64,000 bases of DNA. Source: Chrysomallon squamiferum (taxonomy: Eukaryota; Animalia; Mollusca). The notes beneath the pieces were generated by a model. That model saw only the letters and a list, made by a program, of their open reading frames with translations. It did not search any database and had not been told where the DNA came from. Within the stretch, counting starts at the first letter, position 1. Each line of letters begins with the position of its first letter. The stretch spans positions 1-64,000 of the forward strand of contig CM022666.1 of the NCBI GenBank assembly GCA_012295275.1. The letters are read 5' to 3'. The translations under genes were made by a program, and so were the position numbers. Shown here in pieces: positions 38,580 through 52,881 of the stretch.

Positions 38580-40168
38580 GTATACCTCTTCGTAAACTTC
38601 TTTCCAACTATTGCCAGTCTCTACAGTTATTTCCCCTGCAGGATTCCGGCTCGAATTCAAGTTCACGTGTAATCCTCTCATATGTTTCATGTTTATTTGT
38701 AGACTTCCATCATGTGTAGAACGACCGTTGTATGAATGGCCGCTTGATTTGATAGTTATCAAAATGTTGTGCTCTCTCGCGAATTTTAAACATTTTCTCA
38801 CGTCCTCCACTCCTTTCACCAACACAATTAGTCCTGGTTTGCGAAGATACCTGATGAGTTTCCACGTGTTGATTCTCACATAGCTGGAGTCAGAAGGTCG
38901 GTAGATGTCGCCGTCCAGGGATCTGGCAAATTCTGAGATTTCTGGATCGGACGGCCAGCAGGCGTCTTTCGGGCAACACACTGTCGACTGGACACATCCT
39001 GGCATTTGAAGCAGAACAACTGAGCAACAAAGCGTTAATAGCCTGAAATTTACATTATTATTAAATCCATCGTCATCATCATCATCACTGTCATCGTTAT
39101 CACTTTTATTAGTAGTAGTAGTAGTAGTGTTATTATTATTATTAGTAGTAGTAGTAGTAGTAGTTGTGTTATTATTATTATTAGTAGTAGTAGTAGTAGT
39201 TGTAGTTGTGTTATTATTATTAGTAGTAGTAGTAGTAGTAGTTGTGTTATTAGTATTAGTATTAGTAGTAGTAGTTGTTGTGTTATTAGTATTAGTATTA
39301 GTAGTAGTTGTGTTATTAGTATTAGTATTAGTAGTAGTAGTTGTTGTGTTATTAGTATTATTATTATTAGTAGTAGTAGTAGTTGTGTTATTATTATTAT
39401 TATTATTGGTGGTAGTGCTGGTGGTGCTATTGCTATAATTGTGTTGCTATCGTTGTAGTAGTAGTAGTAGTAGTACTAATAGTGGTAGCAGTATTAACAG
39501 TAGCGGTAATGTATTAGTAATAGGAGTAACAGAAGTGGACGTAGTAGTGGTGCTGGCGACAGAAATATAGTAATACAAACAGAATCCAAGTATCATTATA
39601 AAATTAATAAATAATTTGTTGTTATTCCCTCCTCGCTATTTTTATTTATTTATTTATTATTTCTTAATAGTAGTAGGAGTGATTGTTGTTGTACTGATAT
39701 GATAAGAAATATAGTAGGTTGGTAATTATGATTCATTTTGCTGGACAAGGTCATAAACAAGCCGACATGGTCGATAAAGCACAGACTTCGGCAACAACAT
39801 AAAATACCATCGTCACCCTAGTCGTACAAAAATAACAATAGAAAATAGTGACACGAGAAATAAGAATGTAACCCAGATATTATTTCAACTTTGTGTGTGG
39901 CAATCTTTCCCGTGCAGGATAAAAATAATAATAATAATAAAAGGCATCCTTTTACTTCTATATCGTTATAAAACATTACTCTACGTCATCCTCATTTTTG
40001 ATCAGTTTAACATGAAAAACGAAAAAATAATAATAGCAATAATAATAATAATAACAGTTACTGTTTTTCTTTTTTCATCATTTTCCCCTTGCCGAAACAT
40101 AAATTAATCTGTCTGACATTTAAAATATCTAAAAATATTTAAAACACAACTCACCACATTTTCCGCAT
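36206..40168 (-). CDS. Secreted FAD-linked oxidoreductase, berberine bridge enzyme-like (FAD_binding_4 + BBE domains), ~548 aa
   Basis: Exons 40168-40155, 39042-38586, 38354-37583 and 36609-36206 are phase-consistent. Signal peptide MRKMWLLTLCCSVVLLQMPGCVQS, then CCPKDACWPS, FAD motif IKSSGHSYNGRS, GGYTQGGGHS, DLLWAIRGGGGG, BBE motif YYNE...FWGGNYDRLLKIKQRWDP, and a hydrophobic C-terminal tail. Confidence 0.93.
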
Positions 40169-41498
40169 CGAGAAATGTTTAAACTTCCTAGTTGTCAGTT
40201 TATTTCTTCTTATATTCTTCTTCCCCGTATAAGAAATCGCATCCCTTGACCTTCGAAAGTATACTGAGCCAAAAACGAAATTATTAAAATAAAGAAAAGA
40301 AACAGTACCTCGTATAAACTAAAGGCAAACAAAATTATCAACATTTTACGTATACTGAAAAGCAGAAACATAATTTTACAATGTAAACAAGATTAACTCA
40401 TGTTACACAGCCAAGGTTAATTAAGAATATACTCAAGCAAAAAAGAAACCCTTTTTTTCTTCTTTTTTTCCAGAAAACGATAATTAAAAATGTATAGTGA
40501 CTTAAAAAGATGAGATAGACATTTGTTATTATCATCACAGTTCCCTTCTTAACGTATACTATAGAAGAAAATTGTAAACATTCGATATAAGTTTCATAAT
40601 CAATGCGGTAGCGTTATTAAATTAGGCCTAATAACATAGAGAACAAAACTAAACTAAAATAACACGGTATTAGCCTCAGAGACTTAATTATTTAACTCTT
40701 GGTTCATACTGTAGCATCATGGTGCTAATATTAACTTATGAAATATACTCAAGTACTAATATAAACTTATGAAATATGCTGAAGTACTAATATAAACTTA
40801 TGAAATATACTGAAGTACTAATATAATGGGATATTAGATTTATATAATGAATATTAGAAGCTTCTACTAATAAATGAAAGTAACGCTGCATTGGTGTTGC
40901 AGAGACAATATCAACAATGTATGCAAAACAATGAACAAAACTTACTCAAAAAGGTCGATACAAAACAAACTATGACAGCAACAACACACCTAGACACACA
41001 CAGAAACACACACACACATATACACACACATACATATACACACACATTCACACACATACACACACACATACACACACACACACAAAGGAATAACGTATTA
41101 CTAGATAAAATAAAGTCATAAATAAGAATGGCGTATTAATATGAAGTAAAAACAAAACAACAGCAAAAACAACAATTAAATAAATAAATAAATAAGTAAG
41201 TAAAAGAATTTCATAATTCAGTAAAATGACTTAAAACAACAAAAATCTTAATACAGAAGAAAAACGTAAAACAACGAATATCGTAATACAACAGAATAAG
41301 GTAGAATGAATTACAGAGTAAAGAGATTATTTTTGAGTAGATTAAGGTCTTAACATCTTAATCCCTTATAGAAGGGCACCTGATATATTTCTCTCAGTCT
41401 CTTTTTTTTTGCTGCTTTAACATTTAGATTTTTTGTCGCTCTCAACAAATACAATAGCGAAAACAAAAACAACAACAATTACAACAACAATAATAATA

Positions 41499-41557
<59 letters not shown>

Positions 41558-41772
41558 TGAAGAAGAACAAGAAGAAAAAAAAAATAACACATTTATAATT
41601 AAATATATAAATGATCAGAAACACACGTGGACAATCTTTTTAAAGTAACAGTTGTAATGCTATGACTTCTTGCTTACATTTACAAAGATTCTAGTTCAAT
41701 ATATATCGAACTCTCCCACGTGTCACATTAAATCGAACACTTTGCGAAGCGGGGTCTTATTAAAATAAATAT

Positions 41773-41787
41773 GACGCCTCCTGGCGG
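41773..41787 (-). promoter_or_regulatory. Candidate CTCF site between the divergent oxidase and DUF1647 genes
   Basis: The reverse complement CCGCCAGGAGGCGTC is close to the CTCF core CCASYAGRKGGCRS and lies in a small GC-rich patch ~200 bp upstream of the ATG at 41988. Confidence 0.45.
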
Positions 41788-41987
41788 CAGGTGGTAATAG
41801 CACGCTAAGCAAGGGAGATTATTAATCGATGATGTCCACGCACACACTTTTTCTGTACATTTTGTTTCCTAATGCGGAATTAATGCAGTGGTGAAAAGTA
41901 TTCCAGTCTGATGAAAAATAATGAAGGACTGGGATAATAATATGATCTAATATAAACACAACTAAAACGTTTTAAATCGTGATTAAG

Positions 41988-42351
41988 ATGGGGCGTAAGC
42001 TGACCCCCAGGAAAGTACTTAATTATATTGTTTTTGTAGTTGTTGCCATGATGGCGTACAAGGTCTTCTTTCAGGTAAGACGTTTTGTTGTTAACTTTGA
42101 TGTACTCGGCTCTGAAACATATCTCACTGTTTTTAATAAATGTCTTCATCATCATTATCTTTATATAATTATGTTCATCAAAAACGTTACTTCTGCAACA
42201 ACATTAACTACTTTTCTTACCATGAGTATTCTTCAGCGTCTAATCACCATCATTCATCATCATTATTATTATCATCACCATCATTGATAATAATTCAGTT
42301 AAGTATGTGCAAAATTACATAATCTTCTTTGTGCATGTATGTGTGTGTATA

Positions 42352-42444
<93 letters not shown>

Positions 42445-42561
42445 ATATATAAGTATAGATAGAGTGGTATGTAGAAATAATAGGTTGATAAGTAGATAAA
42501 TGCATATTTGGATAAACAGGTAGGTAGACACACTGACAAACAGACAGACAGACAGACAGTC

Positions 42562-42592
<31 letters not shown>

Positions 42593-43804
42593 TAGATAGA
42601 CATACAGACAGTCAGACAGATAGATAGACAGACAGACAGTTACTCGGACATAGACATGAAGAAATATAGAGAAGTAGATCGATGGAAACAGGCAGACGCA
42701 TATACAGTGTCGATTTTTATTTTCTTTATTATTGTTATTATTATTATTATTGTTGCTGTTGTTCTTGATGTATTTTTTTTTTATCCTTTTTTATTTATTT
42801 TTTTATTTATTATTTTTATTGATTTTTGTTTTTGTTGTTTCTATGATATATAGATAGATACATAGATAGACAGACAGACAGACAGATAGATAGATAGAAA
42901 CATTTCTAATATTTTCTTTTAATTATTTTTTTTCTTTATATATATCATTGTTCAGAGCGAAAAGAAAAGAGATTTTGATTCGCCAGAGTATTATCCTAAA
43001 AATGAACGAAGTAAGGGTGAATTTAACGAGGACAACGAAATACATAGATCAAAGTTCAGAGGTCGAAATCACGAAAGCAGGGAGAAAGCAAAGGTAATTG
43101 TTGATCCACTCGAAGAAGACGGTCATGTTCTTAAAACCAAACACGGTAAAGACGATAACGTACAATATAAACTAAACAAACAAACAAAAAATGATAAAGA
43201 TGAAGACAAAATAAACAAACAAACTAAAAAAGAAGATTCTAAAATGGCTGCCGATGACAGTGGTACTGAATCAAAACACAGGAAACACGAAATCAATGTT
43301 AAAGACGAAAACCAGTACAAAAACAAATTTCATAAAAAAAATCCAGAAGTGGGAAAAACAAAACTTAGTAAAAATGCTTCCAAAGATGACGTCATAAAGG
43401 ATACTGATAAGGCGTCGCTAGGCGACGATGACGTATTACGGATAGAACGTCTGAAGAAGCTGCATAAAGGGAACGTGGATTTTGAGATGGAGGAAGAAGA
43501 CGTGCAGGTAATGAAGGAAAAGAATGAAAGACGAAAAGCTTTTTTTAAAGCGCTGGAGGAAATACACGAAGACTACAACGACGAGGCCGAGGACGAACAC
43601 TTCCACGAGCGTGACGACGACTTAGCCATCGCGACAGCGGCCTGGACTGACAACTTCCTGGGCGCGCTGCAGCTGGTGGAGAGTGTGCAGAGATACCTGC
43701 CCAGAGCAGAGATTGGACTGTTTGACCTCGGCTTATCTGACGACCAGCGAAAAATGGTGATTTTATTTTCATTTATGTGTTTTATTATTTTATTATTATT
43801 ATTA

Positions 43805-43862
<58 letters not shown>

Positions 43863-43929
43863 GTTGTTGTTGTTACTATTATTATTAATATTATTGTTAC
43901 TATTATTATTATTAATATTATTGTTGTTG

Positions 43930-43985
<56 letters not shown>

Positions 43986-46107
43986 TCTCTTTTTTTCTGC
44001 GTTCAGACATTATTGGAGTAAAAAAACCTTGTGTGTGTGCGTGCGTGCGTGTGTGTCTGTGTTTGTTATTACAATCATCTCAGTGTATATAAACATTATT
44101 TGGTATTATAGTGATCTTATTAAAATCTTATAAATGGAACGTTTCCTGCAGGTAAAAACCGATTTAAGCCTAGCTTAAATATAAGCTGGAAATATAAGTA
44201 TCAAATTAGGAAAAAAGCCCATACTGAATAAGCTTTTTAAATAATTTTTCAGTTGCGCAAATAAAAAGATGAGATAATTACAAATAAAAGTTTTATATTT
44301 GTACTGAAACGTTCATTTCTGCAGGTATCAAACAGGATCTAAAACGTCTACACACACTGATGCTGTTTTGAACACTATTTCTATCTAATACGAACTATTG
44401 TTGTTAGGAGTAGCGAGAGATAACTGTTAACATATACACTCTTAGAAATATATATATATATATACACACACATACATACGTACATAAACACATACATATC
44501 TACATATATACGTACATATATACATACATACAGACATCTTACGATATTATCCCTGTTCTTCTGTTAGAACGAATGGTTTATACATTATTTTCTTTTGTAT
44601 TTCAGTTACAGACTTTGTGTCGGGTCAAAGTTCACCGAACACTACTTGTTCACATGCCGGATCATGTGAAAGATTTATCACGCAATCTGTGGAGACCTTT
44701 TGTGCTACAGGTATATAAGCGTTCACCTCAGTAACTGAGATATTATGTTTATTGTGTAGCGAGAAAGTATTTTAAAAATCTCAGTTTACAAATACAGTGG
44801 TACCTTGATTTACGAGTTAAATTCGTTCTCATAACTCAATTTGCTCGTATATCAAATCTGTTTTCCCAACTGAAATTAACTGAAATACCATTAATCCGTT
44901 CATTCCCTGCAAAACCACCCCATTTTTTTTGTAACGTCACAACCAGTTTTTAAAAAAGAAAAATGTATTTATAAAGGACAAATATTGTAAAAAAAAAATA
45001 AAATAAAATAAAAGAGAATGTAAAGAAATAAATTGGTTTTGTAAAGTGTATTTCTCTTGGAGATCAGACAAAATATTTTAACGCCTTTAGCTGGAGTTAC
45101 AGCCTTTATCGACTCCTTGGCCTTCAGTATGATTCTACGCTTGTACTGCCTAGCCAAGTCGACTACTCGTAAGTCGAGGTAGCACTGTATTACACTGACT
45201 AAATAGTTTTACACTCCGCTTATTTATCTGTCGTCTGCTATTCTATGTCAGATGCTACGTATTTTCTTAGTTCATATTTCTACAGAGACATTAGAGATGT
45301 GTAAGTATTGATAGTTAGACAGACGGACAGGAAGATATATATATATATATATCGATAGCTATGGAGGTAGATTATCACAGAGACAGAAACAGACCGACCG
45401 ACAGACAGAGGGATAGATACTCACAGGTAGTGATAGATAGAATGACAGACAGACAGATAGACAAAGAGAGAGAGCGAGAGAAAGAGGAATGGATGGATGG
45501 AGTGAAGGATGGACTCGCAGAATGTACACACTGACGGACTGGACATGCTTCTTGATCATTTCAGATGGCGCTTGGGACGTACGGCCACGTAATCTACATA
45601 TCCCCGGAAAGAAAGCTGAAATCTATTGAAGACTTCAAAGGTTTCGTCGCCCAGTCACGTATAGGCGGCGTCTCCATCGTAGGTCGCAGACGAGATTACT
45701 CGACATTCGTAGTGACTCACCCTGACATGTACCACTACTTCTCCACCGACCTCAAACAGCTGCGGCGAACCAAGCACGTGGAAATCTCAATGATCATTCT
45801 TCACAACACTGCACCTGTCCGGATGAAGTTTATGCGCTGGCTCTATCTCTGCTCTATGGAGGAGTGGTGCATAGCGCCCCCTGGATCCCACACGAGATGT
45901 GATCACAGGCAACACGCTAATTCGAGGCTATGGGCCAACTGTCACAGATACGATGAATCGGCGATAAATATTTTACTTGCTGGTTGGCATAAGTATGATA
46001 CGAAGCATTACGTTAGACGTGACACTATTACGTCACATTATGATGGACGTGACGTAACAAATAAATTACAATATTGTGATACAAGAAGACAACAAGGGGA
46101 TTTGTAA
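41988..46107 (+). CDS. DUF1647-family (putative glycosyltransferase-fold) type II membrane protein, ~511 aa
   Basis: Exons 41988-42074 (MGRKLTPRKVLNYIVFVVVAMMAYKVFFQ, TM anchor), 42956-43756 (charged stem, then IATAAWTDNF...SVQRYLP...FDLGL), 44606-44710 (...NLWRPFVLQ) and 45565-46107 (THPDMYHYF...CIAPPGS...NCHRYDESAINILL). All introns are phase 0 GT-AG. Family assignment is from remembered motifs. Confidence 0.82.
44795..45187 (-). mobile_element. ~393-bp Tigger-derived MITE with both TIRs and TA target-site duplication
   Basis: TA|CAGTGGTACCTTGATTTACGAGT ... ACTCGTAAGTCGAGGTAGCACTG|TA. It retains a transposase scrap (LARQYKR...ILKAKESIKAVTPAKGVK) and is homologous to 32530-33260. Confidence 0.9.
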
Positions 46108-46110
46108 ACA

Positions 46111-46175
<65 letters not shown>

Positions 46176-47286
46176 GTATTAATGTTCTGTTATATTATTT
46201 CCTTCATATATAATAAATTTTGTAACGGATATTCTGGAACTGTATACAGAACATATTAAATACTAGAAACCAATTATCCTGAAACCCAGCTAATACTTAC
46301 TAAAATATAAAAGAAAAAGTATTTGTTTTTTAAATATATATTTATACTTTTTAATGTTTAGTTTCAGTCTATTTGTATACATACAAATATATAAAAGGTA
46401 CTTAAAGCCGACGTAAAATTGGTAATCGATTAATTTATTTATTAAATCTTTGCGTGTATATCTCTCTCTACGTATATACATATTTTTTTTTTTTTAATTA
46501 TATATTCATTTAGTTACATAGTTACTTATTTCCTTATTTATTTGTTTATTTATTTTACTTCTTTAAATATCTTTCTTATATATATGCGCATAAATCCTTC
46601 TGCTTATAATATGCATATAATAAACTGAAGGATTTATTTGTGACTACTGGTCGCAATGAATAAATATTCAATATATTGAAACGTGACTTCAAATCTTCTG
46701 ATTAATTGTAAAGGATAATGAAAATGTAAACAGAAAATATATACATTAAATTGATAAAATAAAGAGTTGAACACGTTTGTATAAACATAGTTGTTTATCA
46801 CTGCTTATTATTTATTTATTTATTTATTTATTATTTTTGTTGTTATTTTTTGTTGTCATTTTTTGTTGTCATTTTTATTTTTTTATTTTTATTTTATTTT
46901 TGTTTTTACTTTATTTTACTTTATTTATATTTTTATTCACTTTTTTTTCTGAAACATTGGCTAGATAAAAACAAATTTCAGAATAACTTTAAATGAATGA
47001 TAGTAATGTCAACAAAGACAGTAATTAAATTTTCATTAGACTGCGCACATTCAGACATAGTTCTATCAGGTTTTTTGATCAAACAAATGCATTTTTTAAT
47101 GCATGACTACATTTGCTAATATGCTTTAAATAATTTATTTAAAATAGAAAACAAATATATAACAATGGCTGTTAGAATTGAATATATTTGCTCGCTGTTC
47201 ATTTTCGAGTTTGTTCCTCAGAAGAAAGACTGGCAGAAGACAAGATGCAGAGTAATACTTTTTAGCACGTTTTATATCACAGCAAA

Positions 47287-49908
47287 ATGACGAAATTAAT
47301 TATTTCTATTTTCATTCTTACAAAATTTGTACACCTGAACGCTAATGTACCAGCTTGTACAAATCCTGAAAATATGAATTTTCTCTTCAAAAACAAACAC
47401 ATGATTAACGCCACGTTTGACGTCATACAAAATACTGGACTGGTGAGCTGCGCGTTCGAATGTGAGATCCGGAAAAAATGTAAATCATTCAGTTTTGAGT
47501 ACGTCAGTGGAAAATGTTCACTTTATGATACCTGGATTCAGCAGTCGTTGATTCGTGTCAAACCAGGAACAGATTTAAGTAACATACAAGACTGGCCTTC
47601 AGTAAGTATAGAAATGTATTTATTTCATTTCTTTTTTTCTCCAACTATCTCTTTGTCTATTTATCCATTTATCTTTGATATATTTTATTATTCAGTTTAT
47701 CTACAGTTTATCTATTGTTCTGTTTATCATTATCTATTTGTCTATTTGTTTTTATGAATATTAGTTTATCTTTGGCGCGGTCTCAGTTTCTGATATATCT
47801 CTGTCTCCCATTCTGTCACAATTCAAGAGTATTTAATTTCATTTTAATACGGGGGGGGTTTTGTGTTGTTTTTTTGTTGTTGTTTATTTGGTATTTTTTT
47901 TTTGTTTTTTTTTTTGATTTTATATGATTTGGATTTTCTGTCTTAAAAGGATGCATTATATTATATTTTTGATATTCTGTCACACAAATTCGTAAATATG
48001 TTAATTTGCGCAGAGGCTGGCGGGACCGTGTCGGAATCATAGCTGTGCTCACTACGAAGTCTGCAAAGCGGAAGACGCAACCTCAAAACAGTGCGATGCT
48101 GCATGTGAGTAGAAACAAGTAAAACTCACAGTATAAGTAGAAACAAGTAAAACTCACAGTATAAGTAGAAACATGTAAAACTCACAGTATAAGTAGAAAC
48201 AAGTAAAACTCATAGTATAAGTAGAAACAAGTAAAACTCACAGTATAAATAGAAACAAGTAAAACTCATAGTATAAGTAGAAACAAGTAAAACTCATAGT
48301 ATAAGTAGAAACAAGTAAAACTCACAGTATAAGTAGAAACAAGTAAAACTCATAGTATAAGTAGAAACAAGTAAAACTCACAGTATAAGTAGAAACATGT
48401 AAAACTCACAGTATAAGTAGAAACATGTAAAACTCACAGTATAAGTAGAAACATGTAAAACTCACAGTATAAGTAGAAACAAGTAAAACTCACAGTATAA
48501 GTAGAAACATGTAAAACTCACAGTATAAATAGAAACAAGTAAAACTCATAGTATAAGTAGAAACAAGTAAAACTCACAGTATAAGTACAAATGTAGAAAC
48601 AAGTAAAACTCACAGTATAAATAGAAACAAGTAAAACTCACAGTATAAGTAGAAACAAGTAAAACTCACAGTATAAGTAGAAACAAAGTAAAACTCACAG
48701 TATAAATAGAAACAAGTAAAATTCACAGTATAAATAGAAACAAGTAACAACTCACAATATAAGTAAAAAACAAGTAAAATAAAACAAAGCTATAGCAAGG
48801 TACGTCCTATTAAGCTAAGCAAAAGATAATGCTGAAAGGATTATTATCCATTAATTATCTAAATCTCGAAGATGTTTTTAAATGTAAAGATAGCTTTTAT
48901 AATAAAATTTCTTTATTTGTTTCATGTTTTGTTCTTAGCAATCAATAAGATCTGAATGTGATGTCAGATGAGAGAGAAAAGAAAATGTTTTTGAAGTTAT
49001 TGTGAATTATATCACCATAATAATCTTTTGAACTTGGAGATAAAAGACAGTATTACTTCTTTCTGGAAAATATTGAGAAAGTATATTGATAACAGAATCA
49101 GAAAAAGGAAAATGTCGAAAGAATTCTTATTAATAAATTATAGCGTCCAACTTGGAAAATTTAGAAATGAAAGAAAAATATTGTTTCTTCACTGATGATT
49201 GTTTTTGTTTTGTCTGACTGATTCTTTACAAATATACAAGACAAATAATCCATTAGTCAGAAAAACTATTCAAATGTGCAATACTACGATGTGCATTAAA
49301 ATGCTTTTCTTCTTAAAATATTCTTGAGTTCAAAACATTATCAAAACAACGAAGTGAATAAACAAAAGAGCAAGAATAAAGACATTCTCTTTAATGTAAG
49401 TTTTTCTTTATGTACGATTTAGCTGTAGCTCTGTTTTTGATTGCTTGCGTCAGAACTGCTGGACACGGGATCAAATCTTATCAGATCATTTAACATATCA
49501 ACCAATCCTATCATTTCTCTTGAAAACAGTTAAAATATATAATGTTATTAATTCTACTATAGATCTTTACTTACTATTGTTTTAGACTGTCCAGAGCCTC
49601 CTGTCGTGCAACACGCCACAGCTAATTTCACTACAACTTTTGAGACGACTAAAGTCGGAAGTCGTCTGTCGTACGTGTGTGATACAAACTTCAAACCGGA
49701 AGGAGAACGAATCTGTCTGAAGAATGGAAGCTGGTCTAACTTTAGATGTGTATTTGGTATCTTTACTTTCCATATTCTGTGTGTTTTCTGTCTCAGTAAC
49801 CATCCAACCGTCTATTTTCTGTCTGTCTGTATATTTATCTGTAGATCTATCTATTTATCTATCCATCTATCTCAATTTAAATAATATTAATAATTATATT
49901 ACTACTAT

Positions 49909-49992
<84 letters not shown>

Positions 49993-52131
49993 CATTATCT
50001 ACAGAAATGGCACTAGTAGAAATCATTTGTAAGATGATTTAGTCATCCTTTTCTTATCTATCTTAATCTCTATTTTTGTTCTCTTTCTTTTTTGTTATTA
50101 TGTTCCCATTTTGTTTTCATTACTTTTACTCAAGTCTTCGTTTTCCTTTCATCTTCGTGTCGATATTTCTGTTGTCTTTCTTAATTAAATAGTCTTCTTT
50201 TTAATTTTTGTTTTCCTTTTATATTTTTCCATTTCTTCTTTTTTTTTTTTTTTTTTTTTTTTTTACCATTATATTTTCGTATATCGTTCTTCGTTATCAT
50301 CATAACCTTTGGTGTGTTTTTTGGTTGCTTTTTGGGTCAGGTTTTATTATTATTATTATTATATTTTATTCAGTGTGCCCTGGCGTCAGTTTCAAAGAGA
50401 AGTGCTACACTGTAAGTTCCGAGAAGGTCACGTGGGTGGAGGCACGTGACGCATGCTTTGTCAATGGTTCGTTAGTGGACATCAAAACTGAAGAGGATTA
50501 CAACCTTGTGTCTACAATAATAAAGTAAGAAGCAGATTAAATTAGATATAAAAAAACTGATAGTCTTGATCTTTGCAATTGTTTCCATTATCATTACCTA
50601 CTGCCATACTACAATCATCATCATATCAAGATCATCTGCTGTTATTACAATCACATCATCATTTAAGTGGTTTATCATTATTTTCTCCTTGTTATGCCTT
50701 TTTTATTACTACTACTACTATAAAAACAACAGCTACCAGTACTAATATTATTCTTACTATTACCTCCTCTATTACTATTACTACAGCTATTACTGCATTA
50801 ATACCTACCGTTGTTATCATTACTATAACAACTATTGTTGATAATACTATCACTCCTGCCTGTACTGCTACGACTTCTATCTTTACTGTTACTTCACTTA
50901 CTGCTACTACTGCCACTCTACCTCGGTTATTACTGCTACTACTACTAATACCACCATTCTACAACTACCACCACCACCACTTCTACTACTACATCAACTT
51001 TAATTAAACGAAACATATCTATTTGATTTTTAATACTTGTGCATGCTGAAATGTGGTTAAACGCCATCTGAGCAATATTAACAAACTTTTCATATTTCAT
51101 ATTTTGTGTAATAGCTGTACTGGAGAAATGTTACTTGATAATAAAATGCTCTTGTTAAAGATCTGGAGAGAAGTACTGGATTGGACTGAATGACATTGAC
51201 AAAGAAGGTGTCTGGGTATGGCCTGACGGAACTCGAAACTCGTATTTAAAGTGGGATGTGGATGAACCCGATGAAAGCAGGAAAGAAAACTGTGTTTTGT
51301 GGGATGGAGGCAAATACAGAGATGAAAACTGTTCCTACCGACTTCTTTACGTGTGCCGAGTCTATCCAGGTGAAAAGAATACTTCAAAGTCTATCAGTGC
51401 CAGTTGCACAATTAGTCTAAACATATTACTTATAATTTTAATGATTTATTGCTGCGTTCAGTAGTCTTATTATGAAACTATTAGGTCATCATATTAAAAA
51501 TAAAAACACCAACAATCACACTTCTTATATTTTCACACATTCTTAAATTTTCTGGTGAAAGCCAATGGTGAATATATGTGAAAGCATGGTCCTGATGTTG
51601 TCAGTTGTGTCACGAATCTTAATGCTTTCATTGGTCTTTCAAGTTGAATCTTTGTATTCTAAAGATTATTAGCGTAGTTAATATTAATGTAATTTGTGAC
51701 GTAATAATAAACACACGGAGAACGTCATCACTGACAGAATTTACATTGTTCTAAATATAACTCATCATTACTTTTTACTGGTACTGCAGCATGTCCTTAC
51801 CCGCCCACTGTGGAGAACGCCGAGCCTGACGTTTCACGCACACCAAACACGTCGGCTGGTACAGTCTTGCCATACACGTGTGACAACTACTACGAACCCG
51901 TTGGCGAGATGAGATGCTTGACCGGCGGTCAGTGGTCAAACTTTTCTTGTTCTAAAATAGGTAATAACACATTGTTTAATAATTCGTAAGATATCGTTCT
52001 GGTGATGGTGGTGGTAGTAATGCTGGTATTATTATTATATTGTTAATATTATTGTTATTGTTGCTGTGATTGTTATTATATTACTGTTATTATTATTAAT
52101 ATCATTGTTATTATTACTGTTATTCTTATTC

Positions 52132-52184
<53 letters not shown>

Positions 52185-52848
52185 GCTGTTGTTGTTGTTG
52201 TTGTCGTCGTCGTTGTTGTTGTTTTTTCAGGCTGTGGACCGCCGCCTTCCTTTCCGTATGCGAAACAAAATTTCGTTGACGACGGGAACGTTGACACAAA
52301 CATAAAGTCCATCCTCAGCTACAGCTGTACAGACAACAGAGTCTTGGTTGGTAAAGTGCAATGTAATTTGTTTGGATGGACAAAAATAGCTTGTCTGGAA
52401 AGTAAGAAGGATTATTTAAGACTTTTATAAATACACATATTCAACCTCGCACAGCCAGACATACAAACGTACATCCACATACATACGCACAGATATATAT
52501 ACACATACCTACAGTAACAGTTTGTAATAGCATTAGTAATAATACTGATGACTATGTGGAAGATTATGATAATAATAATAATAATGATGATGATAACGAT
52601 TATAATACTAACTATGATAATAATAACAACAACGACAATAATAATAATAATAATAATAATAAAAATAATAATAATTAGAATAAAAATAGCAACAACATAA
52701 ATAAATAGATTTGAGGCTAATAACAAAAGGTCACATTCATTCATTATTCATTAATTTTATCTCTTATTTCACTAGTGTAGTAAATATTTTTTTTTAGATA
52801 TAACTATATATACATGTGTATGTATGTATGTATATATGTACGTATGTA

Positions 52849-52881
<33 letters not shown>

